25,400 nt of DNA from a virus (Duplodnaviria; Caudoviricetes), in IMG/VR virus record IMGVR_UViG_3300001472_000156, positions 1 to 25,400 of that record, one strand, 5' to 3'. Each line of letters opens with the position of its first letter. The first letter of the stretch is position 1. Positions 9,309 to 18,311 of the stretch are shown piece after piece. The notes beneath the pieces were generated by a model. The model searched no databases and was not told the origin of the DNA. It worked only from the letters and a program-made list of their open reading frames with translations. A program made the position numbers and the translations under genes.

Positions 9309-10907
9309 TTAGTATGATGATTCTACAGTATCAGATGACACTGAAAATAATTCTTTTTTATTTGTATAATAATTAGTATCTGAACTAACCGTAGTATTCC
9401 AGTCTATTTTCATTTTAACAGTAGACCAAAAACCTTTTATACCAGACATATCTGGGCCAAATAAAACCTCACCACTAGTTGCCGTAGAGTTGTTTATTAA
9501 GTTAGCAAAAAATTTATTTTCTTTCTTTTTAAATGAGTTAGACCAAAATTGACTTTCAAGATCAGCTAAATTATTTTTAAATTCATATTTGGTTATAGGT
9601 AGTGTTTGATCACTAGAGCTAGCAATCATAGAACTAAGCTGCCAACCATTGTTACCTTCATAATTTAAAGTTTTAAAGTTTTTAACAACAGATGGTTGTG
9701 TATTTAGCACTAAAGTTACATAAGAATCTTGTGCTACAGGAGTTCCATTTGAATCAACCTCGTTGTAAAAATATGAATATTTATCTCCCGAGTGATGTCT
9801 CCATAAATCACCATCATTAAAAGTGTAAAAATCGCTATTTAAACTAACCATATAAGTAGGTTTATAACTAAAGAAACTTGTCCAACCTCTAACGTCTTCG
9901 TCATAAGAAGTTGTAATGTATGATGAATTTACTGTGCTTTGTATAGAAACTACATAATTTTTAGTGTGTATATCCCATCCTCCAACAACTCTAATACCAG
10001 TTTTAGTCAGTTCATCTCTAAAAAAATCATGCATACCGTAGCTAGATATTTCAGTTATACCGTCCATAGATAATCTACACACGCAATTTCTTTTTCTATC
10101 TGTAAAGTATTTTCTATAACCATAAACAGCAAAACTATAAGGGTCTTGTGATATACCATATTCTCCTGCGTAGGCAACAATAGCACCAATTACTAATCTA
10201 CCTGATGTAGTAAGCGCAGCTCCTTCAGCAGTATATATAGCATCTTTATCTATTAAAGCTTTACTTACTTTATCTTCTTGAAATATAATTAAGTTTGTGT
10301 CTTCAGCATAAAGTTTTTGTATAGAACCATTGGCTGGATCTAGTGATCTAGTTATGCTTTCACCTACTGAAAATTGATTTGTATTGTTTACTCCAGTTCT
10401 TGAATTAAATATACCAGAATATATAAGTGAACTAATTCTATGTTGTTGTGCAAAAGTATCTTCTACTAAATAAGCTTTAACACCGTAATCTGTAGATACA
10501 TTATTATAACCTCCTCGTATTCTAGCTTCTTCTATATACCAATCATCTGCTGGAACTCCAGTGTAAGATGCAGGTATATTATCAAAATTAACTATCGCAC
10601 TAAAAGTGATAGTTGGTGTTCCTGTTACAGCTGGATTAGGTGCTGCTCCAGCAATAAAAGATGTGGCACTAATTCTTGATGCCACGTAACTAGAATAATT
10701 TATTGTATCTCCCGCGCCACTAGTGTATGTAAATGTAACTTCTTGGCCTACATTCATTTGACTAACTGTAAGAGAAGATGCTATTACAAAAGTAGTTCCT
10801 GTGTTAGAAACATAAGCACTTGACGAGCCAGAAGCAACATCTGTAATACTCTTGATTTTTTTTAACCAGAATGTGTTAAAGTAATTTACTTCAATTGTTG
10901 CTGCCAT
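9309..10907 (-). CDS. Tail nozzle/muzzle (tail stabilization, P22 gp10-like) protein, C-terminal-type portion (532 aa)
   Basis: Motifs recalled from crAss-type tail stabilization proteins: LIYSGIFNSRTGVNNTNQF, GSIQKLYAEDTNLIIFQEDKV, YGISQDPYSFAVYG..YFTD, ISSYGMHDFFRD, WTSFFSYKP, KNFKTLNYEG. Beta-propeller-like composition. Confidence 0.7.
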   Translation of the reverse strand: MAATIEVNYFNTFWLKKIKSITDVASGSSSAYVSNTGTTFVIASSLTVSQMNVGQEVTFTYTSGAGDTINYSSYVASRISATSFIAGAAPNPAVTGTPTITFSAIVNFDNIPASYTGVPADDWYIEEARIRGGYNNVSTDYGVKAYLVEDTFAQQHRISSLIYSGIFNSRTGVNNTNQFSVGESITRSLDPANGSIQKLYAEDTNLIIFQEDKVSKALIDKDAIYTAEGAALTTSGRLVIGAIVAYAGEYGISQDPYSFAVYGYRKYFTDRKRNCVCRLSMDGITEISSYGMHDFFRDELTKTGIRVVGGWDIHTKNYVVSIQSTVNSSYITTSYDEDVRGWTSFFSYKPTYMVSLNSDFYTFNDGDLWRHHSGDKYSYFYNEVDSNGTPVAQDSYVTLVLNTQPSVVKNFKTLNYEGNNGWQLSSMIASSSDQTLPITKYEFKNNLADLESQFWSNSFKKKENKFFANLINNSTATSGEVLFGPDMSGIKGFWSTVKMKIDWNTTVSSDTNYYTNKKELFSVSSDTVESSY

Positions 10908-10939
10908 AATTTATTATCACTTATTTTTAAACATTATTA

Positions 10940-13900
10940 CTATGATACAGATCTTGGATAACCATAGAAAGTACTACAAGCTTGTACATAATTTTGTGAC
11001 CAAGGATTTGGTTCGTAAACTTTAGCACTTGTAGCAACAAATCTTGTTGAAAAGAAAAATTTTGTGCCTAAATAATCAGTTCCATGATAAGGTGATGTTC
11101 CAGCTGTTATAAAAGCTCTGTAATTACTTACACCGCCACCAGCATCTGCAAATGAAATAGTAGATGTAAGAGCACTTGTGCTATAAAGTTGAGTTACATA
11201 TTTACCATATGGCACATGAGAATATCCATATGTTGTACTACTTATAACGGAAGGACAAAAGAAACTATTGCCTCCATCACTTGCTGTACCAATTTTATAT
11301 TGATATGATTGAACAACGCCTGCGACTGAAGGATTTACGGTGGGAGCAAAATCTACACCATTTTCAATAACACAAGTACTATAGTACAAATCATTAGAGT
11401 TAACCCAAGCGGCTAAAGCATTTAGTTGAGCTGGAGCTGTGCCATTTTTTGCATCACTAGCAACAACTAAATATTCCCCTACTTGATTATAAGCTAAAAC
11501 AAATTGTTTATAATATGTTCCTTCACCACTAGGTCCAGCTGAAGCATCTGTTGTTACAGGCATTTTAAAACCTTTGTTGGCATTAGCTGTGTTGTCTAGT
11601 GTGGTGTTATTTAAATCACTAATAGATGTCCAACTAGAGGTGCTGTTTGTTCGATGATATACTTTCCAATATACATCACCAGCAAGACCACTAGAGGGAA
11701 GATTTGCAGTCCAAGTCATATCAGCATTTAAAGATAATGATAAAGTTCCTTTTGATAAAGCACTACCTAATTTAAATATTGTATTTGTTTCAGATGCGTC
11801 ACCAGTTTGCGCTGTACTAGGAGTAACACCGGTAGGTAAATCAGTTAAAGCATATCCGCTTGCTGGACTAGTACTTGTAAAAGTACCATCAGCTATGTAA
11901 AATATACCTGTAATTCCATATTGAGCATTGTACTTTGTTCGTAAAGCTTGTTGTGCGCCAGCCGGTGACAACATATCAATAGGTCCAGTTTGACAACCAG
12001 ATCTTATGGTTGTATTAGCTTGTATTGGCCCTATGTTTATTATTTGATTTTTATTAGCACTACTTAAGCTTCCTGTACCAGCTTGATCATTATTATCAAA
12101 AGCGTCTTGAACTTTTAAAACTAAAGTATGAGAACCTGAAGGAGCGTTGTTTGTTGGTGTTTGAGAAATATTACCATTGTCTGGATCTATTTGAAAAGCT
12201 GGATTACCATTAGCGCCTGTTGGATTACCAGAGACAATAGACCAAAACAAACCTAATTGATTTTCTGCTGCGTTAGCGCTACCGTTTATAGCTGTAGTAT
12301 TTTGGCCAGGCATACCACTAGGAGAACCACCCTCTTGATCTACTGTTATACTTATTGTTGGTAAAGGATTTTGAGTAAAAGATGGTGCTACATTTTCTAA
12401 TTTAACATTTGAAATTACTAGCGTTGGAGTTGCGCCTGGTGCTAAAGCAGAGTTTGATGCCACAATTAACGGTATGTAAAACGTATAAACATCTTGTGAA
12501 TCACTGTCGCTTATAAACGTAGCTAATTTTTTTAATTTTATTGTATATGAATATGTTGTGCCATCTTGAATTAGTTCAAATAAACTATTATTAGAGCTTA
12601 ATAAAATTTCAGTATTACCAGTTCTTACAGACGTGTAGTATGCTCCATTTGCGCTTGTTTGATATGATGCATTAAATATTACACCTTCATTTGACACTGG
12701 CCAAAAAGGATCAGTTAACGCATGACCAACAATATCGCTTTCTAAAAATTGAAAATTATTAGCTGTAAAAGCAACCGGTTCATCAGAACCAGTTCTTACA
12801 TCTGAATTTAAATCTGCGATTAAACCTACGGTATTAGTTTCCCAAAATATATCTAAAAGAGAATCAACAGGATCAGTTTCATATATAGCTAAAAAAGGTC
12901 TCATTGCATTTGTTAATGAACCTATTGGTTTTGATGTTGATACTCTAGCTATTAAAGGTTTGCTATCTATTTGATATAAATTATCTTGACCACCAGGCGC
13001 AGTAGGAGGAGTAGTAGATGTAGATAAATCAACGTATTCCATATTTGAATCATCAGATGTAGATATACTTACCGCTGTATCTGTTAATATACCTGGAAAA
13101 AACTGTATATTAGTAGTAGCCGAATTATTTTCAACCCTACCATGCAGTTGTACTGAGCTTCTAAACTGTCTTTGTTGGTCTGAAACTTCATTTAAATCTC
13201 TAGGAACTTTATTTATATTGTCATTGATTAAAACAATGTTTGCAGTTTTACCATCTTCATTACCTGGAAAAGGTATTGGGCTTGGACTTGCTGAAGAATT
13301 TAAAGCAGGGTATCCATTTAATATACCTGGTAGATATACATTATAATATTCTTGCTCTGTTTGTTTTAAAACAACTTTATATGAATACCAACCTATAGGG
13401 TTTATATTGTATGCAAACTTTATATCAGCCGATGTACCAAGTAAAGTATTATTTGAATAACTAGAATTAACTCTACCATCTGTAGGCACAGTGTATCTAG
13501 GTGGAGTAGCACCATCGTTTGTTACAGTGCCAACTTTAACATAATCTATATATTCACCTCTTAAATAATCTCCCTGTACTGGAACCGTTACATTAGATGG
13601 TGTGTTAGAATTATCAAGAGTGAATTGATATTGTGTGTCTGAAATAGCTGTTGGAGCACTTGTTATTGCAAAACCAGTAACATTAGTAGGTATAGCATAT
13701 AAACCAGGTCTACCCTCTGTAAAATCAGGATATTCATTAGATGTACTTGTTATAGGTTGAGTAACACTTACTTGTAGTGTATCACCTAGCCAAGCTTTTA
13801 TATCAGATGAAACACTGTTATAAGAAGAAAACAATGTAGAACCTAAATTAGGTTGTGATGTTCTTACAGATGATAAAATAACGGGTGATGTTCTACCACA

Positions 13901-15412
13901 TTTATCAGAAAGTACAAAACCAACTTGATAGTTCCTGTTTTGTTTTAATGAGTGATTAGGGTATTCTACCCAACTAGTAGAAGATTTTCCACCTTTATCA
14001 CCAACCTGTACATCATACTGTATTGATTCAGGTGCAGTGTATGCGTTTCTAAAATTACCATAAATAATTCTATTACCAGCTGTTTCTTGACTTAACGCTC
14101 TCACAGGCACAACATCATAAACTCTAGTTGTTTGATCAGAGGGTAAAGTTTTATACGGTTTTCTTGATTGATAATTATAATTAAAAATATTATCAACAGT
14201 GTCAGGTTGTATACTACTTAAGCTTAAGTTTTCTAATACCTTTATAGACGTACCATCAGACTCTTTATATAAAACATCTATTGAAGATATTTTAAAATCA
14301 CTGTTTAATTGATTAAAAAGACAAGGCAAAGTAATTAACAATTCTACATTGTTTACATTATTTTCCATCCAGTCTAATATAGTGCTTCTATAAGCATCAT
14401 CTTCATTACCATTAATAAAATAACCTTTTTGTTTAGGTATATATGCAATTTGTGTAAATGGTGCCATTAAAGAATATTCTCCATCATCAAATCTATATCT
14501 ATAACTAAATCTTACAAATTTACTTTCTAAGTAATCAGGATCTCCAGGCCAAGTAGCGTCTGAAGATTTATTAGTCATTGTAGATATAAGAAACGTAAAT
14601 ATATCACCAGCTACAGGAGCTGTAATAGGTCCAGATAAAGTTACTGTTGTTATTTCGTTAGGTGAAGAACCACTTTCTATAGCACTTAAAACCGTTATAT
14701 AATCATAACTAGCTACCTTTACTGTTCCAGTAGAACTAGTACTCATAACAGACATACCTGCTAATATATTAGTATTTTTACTAACAACAAATGTAGTTGT
14801 GGTTGGTGCTGGACTAGCTAATACAATTGCATCAGCTTTTTTAAACATTTTAATTGGCAAGTAAGGGTTGTATTTAGCAACGCTTAATTGGTCTTCATTT
14901 GTATAATATCCAGATATTCCACTTTGCGGATTTATATTTACTTTTCTAGGAGGATTTCTATTGTCTGTAAAAAATAATAAATTTTCAATTACACTTGCTT
15001 GTATGGGGTTTGTTGTAGAAAAATTTAAAAATACATTATCAACTATAACATCAGCATAAGTAGCTCCAGGTGAAAAAGCATATATAATACATCTTTTGTT
15101 AGAAGGAGCATAAGTTGGTAAAGTGTTTGTGTTTGTGTCTGTATAGTTAGTAGAAAAGATATATATTTTATCAGAGTATTCGTCTGCTAAATATCCTATA
15201 ACAGTCATATTGCTAGGTAAAGACGGAGATATTAAACCTGTAGCAGTCATAAGTATGTTACCTAAAACAGTTTCTAAAGCACCTATGTCATCTTCTTCAG
15301 ATTTACCCACAGATATGTTCTGTGCGTCTCTATACTCGCCGTTAGGAATTAACCTATCGTCCAAGTCTTTATTCATCTTGGACTTTAGAAAACTATTCTT
15401 TATTTCTGCCAT
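10940..15412 (-). CDS. Large tail protein: N-terminal nozzle/muzzle-type region plus cadherin/Ig-like and beta-rich C-terminal domains (1490 aa)
   Basis: N-terminus KMNKDLDDRLIPNGEYRDAQNI, and LLFFTDNRNPPRKVNI, RFSYRYRFDDGEYSLMAPF, GNRIIYGNF, LKQNRNYQVGFVLSDKCGR resemble crAss-type stabilization proteins; cadherin-like signatures at about 12100-12790. Ends TAG TAA TAA. Confidence 0.72.
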   Translation of the reverse strand: MAEIKNSFLKSKMNKDLDDRLIPNGEYRDAQNISVGKSEEDDIGALETVLGNILMTATGLISPSLPSNMTVIGYLADEYSDKIYIFSTNYTDTNTNTLPTYAPSNKRCIIYAFSPGATYADVIVDNVFLNFSTTNPIQASVIENLLFFTDNRNPPRKVNINPQSGISGYYTNEDQLSVAKYNPYLPIKMFKKADAIVLASPAPTTTTFVVSKNTNILAGMSVMSTSSTGTVKVASYDYITVLSAIESGSSPNEITTVTLSGPITAPVAGDIFTFLISTMTNKSSDATWPGDPDYLESKFVRFSYRYRFDDGEYSLMAPFTQIAYIPKQKGYFINGNEDDAYRSTILDWMENNVNNVELLITLPCLFNQLNSDFKISSIDVLYKESDGTSIKVLENLSLSSIQPDTVDNIFNYNYQSRKPYKTLPSDQTTRVYDVVPVRALSQETAGNRIIYGNFRNAYTAPESIQYDVQVGDKGGKSSTSWVEYPNHSLKQNRNYQVGFVLSDKCGRTSPVILSSVRTSQPNLGSTLFSSYNSVSSDIKAWLGDTLQVSVTQPITSTSNEYPDFTEGRPGLYAIPTNVTGFAITSAPTAISDTQYQFTLDNSNTPSNVTVPVQGDYLRGEYIDYVKVGTVTNDGATPPRYTVPTDGRVNSSYSNNTLLGTSADIKFAYNINPIGWYSYKVVLKQTEQEYYNVYLPGILNGYPALNSSASPSPIPFPGNEDGKTANIVLINDNINKVPRDLNEVSDQQRQFRSSVQLHGRVENNSATTNIQFFPGILTDTAVSISTSDDSNMEYVDLSTSTTPPTAPGGQDNLYQIDSKPLIARVSTSKPIGSLTNAMRPFLAIYETDPVDSLLDIFWETNTVGLIADLNSDVRTGSDEPVAFTANNFQFLESDIVGHALTDPFWPVSNEGVIFNASYQTSANGAYYTSVRTGNTEILLSSNNSLFELIQDGTTYSYTIKLKKLATFISDSDSQDVYTFYIPLIVASNSALAPGATPTLVISNVKLENVAPSFTQNPLPTISITVDQEGGSPSGMPGQNTTAINGSANAAENQLGLFWSIVSGNPTGANGNPAFQIDPDNGNISQTPTNNAPSGSHTLVLKVQDAFDNNDQAGTGSLSSANKNQIINIGPIQANTTIRSGCQTGPIDMLSPAGAQQALRTKYNAQYGITGIFYIADGTFTSTSPASGYALTDLPTGVTPSTAQTGDASETNTIFKLGSALSKGTLSLSLNADMTWTANLPSSGLAGDVYWKVYHRTNSTSSWTSISDLNNTTLDNTANANKGFKMPVTTDASAGPSGEGTYYKQFVLAYNQVGEYLVVASDAKNGTAPAQLNALAAWVNSNDLYYSTCVIENGVDFAPTVNPSVAGVVQSYQYKIGTASDGGNSFFCPSVISSTTYGYSHVPYGKYVTQLYSTSALTSTISFADAGGGVSNYRAFITAGTSPYHGTDYLGTKFFFSTRFVATSAKVYEPNPWSQNYVQACSTFYGYPRSVS

Positions 15413-15415
15413 GTA

Positions 15416-17314
15416 TTAAAATTTAAGCCATTTAGATTTACCTCTCATTACTTGAATTATTTGATCAAGTTTTATATTAGATAACCTAATTTTAGCATTT
15501 CTTAGTTTAGCGCTTCTTTCTTGTTTAAATCTTCTTATAACATATTCTTGTACATTAGTAGAAACACTTAATATAGCATGTATAATATGTGCATACAAAG
15601 CTTCTTCTGCCATTTTTGGTATACGAGTATCCATTTCATAAGCATTACCATCAGATATATACTCTATAAGAACTATTTTATTTTTTAAGTTATTAGTAAA
15701 AGTAAACATACCTTTCCTTTCATCTATAGTAAACCAACCGTTTCTTTGACTTGTTTCTGGGTTCATACCATATCTTTGGCCTAACCAAGTTGTATAACCA
15801 TCTCCCCACATAGTTCTGTATATATCAGCAACTTGATCACCTTGATTAGTCATTAGTGCTCCACTAATTCTAGCTGGATCAGTACCTGCCCATCTTTCAT
15901 TTATAACCGATGTACCTTCTATGTTTTCTTCTATATTGTCTTGAGTAGGAACACCTAAATTATCTTGTGCTGGTGTTGTATAAGGATTACTAGTTAAAGT
16001 GTTTGCTGGAAATATAGTATGCTGAACTCCTAGTTCATCTATCCACGATAACCTTACATAATTTACAAAATCTTGAGGTATTATAATAGATAAATTTTGT
16101 GGTATACTTACTTCTTGTGATTTTATACTTTGTAGTGTATCATAACTAAACTCTTGTAATCCTCTTTTTGCATGAAATATTACATCTGTTTTTTTAACAC
16201 TAGGTATAAGTTTACCAGCACCTACATAAGCAATAAGAAAATTATCAATTATATCGTGCAATGTGGTGTAACCATAACTACCGTTATTTTCCCACATAGT
16301 ATTCTCATCTAGTTGTATTTTTAAATAAGTACCTGCAGTTAAAAATACATTAACAGTAACTATGTTGTTTAAAGCTGTAAAAGGATTAGAGTTTGTAAAG
16401 GTTAAAATTTCACCATTAACAACTGTAGCATTTTTGTTTAAAGTAATTTCTTGTTTAAAAAAAGTATAAGCTCCGTTGCTATCAGCTCTTTGTGTCATTA
16501 CTTTATTTAACACTATAACGCTTCTGCCTCCGGTGTTTGTATTGCTAACAACTATAGTACCACTTGATATATATGGCCCACTTACACCCATACCAGCAAG
16601 TATGCTAGCGTTATACGCACTTAATGTAAGAGTTGTAGTACCTGTAATCGCAGGTTGAAACCTAAGAAGCATACCAACAGTTGTTCCATTTTGAAGCTTA
16701 TTCCAGTTAACAGTTGTTACACCAGCGTTAGTACTTACGCTTGTAACACGAGTTGGAGGATCATATGCAGTCCAAGTGTCCGGAGGTAAAGGATCATCAA
16801 CCACAGCGTTAGAACCTAAAGCTAATATATCACTTGTAATATTTGTAGCCATTATTACACTATATTCATCCAATATAGAACCAATATTGCCTGTAACAAA
16901 TGGAACGTAAGCATTTCCACTTATTGAAGTTCCAGGGTTTATTGTAGAAAGAACAGTTGTTCCTGTATCTACACCTAAACCTGTAACTACCATGCCAGTC
17001 TGTATATCTTGATTATATGCGGTTAAATCTACTGATGTACTTGCAACGCCTGTTGCGTTTGTAACTATACCTGTTTCACTTGATAAACTTGGTGTAAGCT
17101 CTGTCCATACATTTGCATTAGGGCTAGTAAATAATTTAAAATTGTTTTTATTATAATTACCTGTAGCAGGATCTGAACCTCCAAAAACTAAATCAGTATC
17201 AAAAGTTGATGTAAACGTTTTACCTGAACCGGTAGTGTCTATATAAAACTGCTGTGATCCAGCGTAATATTGTCTATTAGTTTCGGTTATTAAACCACCA
17301 TTAGGTCTTGACAT
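15416..17314 (-). CDS. Tail tubular/ring protein with an N-terminal beta-rich extension (632 aa)
   Basis: C-terminal half has the helix / IPQDFVNYVRLSW / GWFTID..GMFTF / VLIEYISDG / IPKMAEEALYAHI pattern of P22 gp4- and T7 gp11-like ring proteins; located immediately upstream of the nozzle-type gene. Confidence 0.68.
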   Translation of the reverse strand: MSRPNGGLITETNRQYYAGSQQFYIDTTGSGKTFTSTFDTDLVFGGSDPATGNYNKNNFKLFTSPNANVWTELTPSLSSETGIVTNATGVASTSVDLTAYNQDIQTGMVVTGLGVDTGTTVLSTINPGTSISGNAYVPFVTGNIGSILDEYSVIMATNITSDILALGSNAVVDDPLPPDTWTAYDPPTRVTSVSTNAGVTTVNWNKLQNGTTVGMLLRFQPAITGTTTLTLSAYNASILAGMGVSGPYISSGTIVVSNTNTGGRSVIVLNKVMTQRADSNGAYTFFKQEITLNKNATVVNGEILTFTNSNPFTALNNIVTVNVFLTAGTYLKIQLDENTMWENNGSYGYTTLHDIIDNFLIAYVGAGKLIPSVKKTDVIFHAKRGLQEFSYDTLQSIKSQEVSIPQNLSIIIPQDFVNYVRLSWIDELGVQHTIFPANTLTSNPYTTPAQDNLGVPTQDNIEENIEGTSVINERWAGTDPARISGALMTNQGDQVADIYRTMWGDGYTTWLGQRYGMNPETSQRNGWFTIDERKGMFTFTNNLKNKIVLIEYISDGNAYEMDTRIPKMAEEALYAHIIHAILSVSTNVQEYVIRRFKQERSAKLRNAKIRLSNIKLDQIIQVMRGKSKWLKF

Positions 17315-17320
17315 GTTTTA

Positions 17321-18244
17321 TTATCTTTGTTGATTAATATTTTCTTGTTGTACTTGTTGATCTGCAATTTGTACAATTTCCATACTTTTAACCACAACAC
17401 CTGCATATAATAATATTTTTAATATTAATTCAGTTTGATCTGCATCATGTAGCTCAAAGTTTATTGAAGTAGCTTCGTTATATTGATATGCATTACCGTT
17501 TAAAGTAAAGTTCCATATTGGAGCTAAAGGTTTTCTTATATAATCTATGTTAATACCACTAGTTATAGTACTAGGGTATACAGTTATTTTTTTGTTTTCA
17601 TATATATAAATCGGATCTCTAGTTGTTGGTTTTGTTAGATTAGATCCTAATAAATGATATAATTCACTTCTACCAACTCTTTCAAGCTCATGATATGGTA
17701 AAGCACCAGCTTGATAAGTTACTGTGCCTAATCTATAAAAATCGTTTGAATCAACCACTGTTAAAACAGTAAACACTGAGGCTGGTGAAACCGTTAATGA
17801 TATAATATTATTAGTTATAGTATAAGATGAAGAAGGTTGTAATACTCCGTCAAAATAAACTTGAACAGTACCATTAGATAATTGATTAGATGTTAGTGTG
17901 GTGTATGTATAAGCTTGTTGATTAATTATAGTGCTTAATGTCTCTGTGGATTGAGCAACACCAGATTCTTTGGGTAAAGAAAAAGAAGGCGCATCATATA
18001 TAGCTGCACCTGAAGTTTTAAATATAGATATTTTTTCGTCTAAATTCATTACTCTATCAGAGTAATCGACGTCTGCTTGTGGAACACGTAATTGCTGGTT
18101 CAAGCTATCAAAGTATGATTCAAATATTTCTAATTGAACTTGAGCACCTATTTTATTAAACTCAACAGGTGTCATATAACCTCTCTGCTCTTTATTTAGT
18201 ATTAATAAAACGGTTTGATATACAGTATTTACGTTTATTGCCAT
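17321..18244 (-). CDS. Tail ring/head-tail adaptor protein (307 aa)
   Basis: LNKEQRGYMTPVEFN N-terminal helix motif, SLP...DFYRL, ITVYP, IDYIRKP and FELH..DQTELI fit the gp4-like adaptor pattern; positioned two genes after the major capsid gene. Confidence 0.65.
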   Translation of the reverse strand: MAINVNTVYQTVLLILNKEQRGYMTPVEFNKIGAQVQLEIFESYFDSLNQQLRVPQADVDYSDRVMNLDEKISIFKTSGAAIYDAPSFSLPKESGVAQSTETLSTIINQQAYTYTTLTSNQLSNGTVQVYFDGVLQPSSSYTITNNIISLTVSPASVFTVLTVVDSNDFYRLGTVTYQAGALPYHELERVGRSELYHLLGSNLTKPTTRDPIYIYENKKITVYPSTITSGINIDYIRKPLAPIWNFTLNGNAYQYNEATSINFELHDADQTELILKILLYAGVVVKSMEIVQIADQQVQQENINQQR

Positions 18245-18260
18245 TTTAATATTTTAGTTA

Positions 18261-18296
18261 ATAGTGATTAGGGCCACAATAGTGACCCTTCACTAT
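18261..18296 (-). other. Intergenic stem-loop (possible terminator, processing or regulatory hairpin)
   Basis: Minus strand reads ATAGTGA-AGGGTCAC-TATT-GTGGCCCT-AA-TCACTAT: a 7-bp plus 8-bp stem with one G-U pair and a 2-nt bulge. No clear U-tract follows. Confidence 0.55.
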
Positions 18297-18311
18297 AATT
18301 ATAGTCACATA

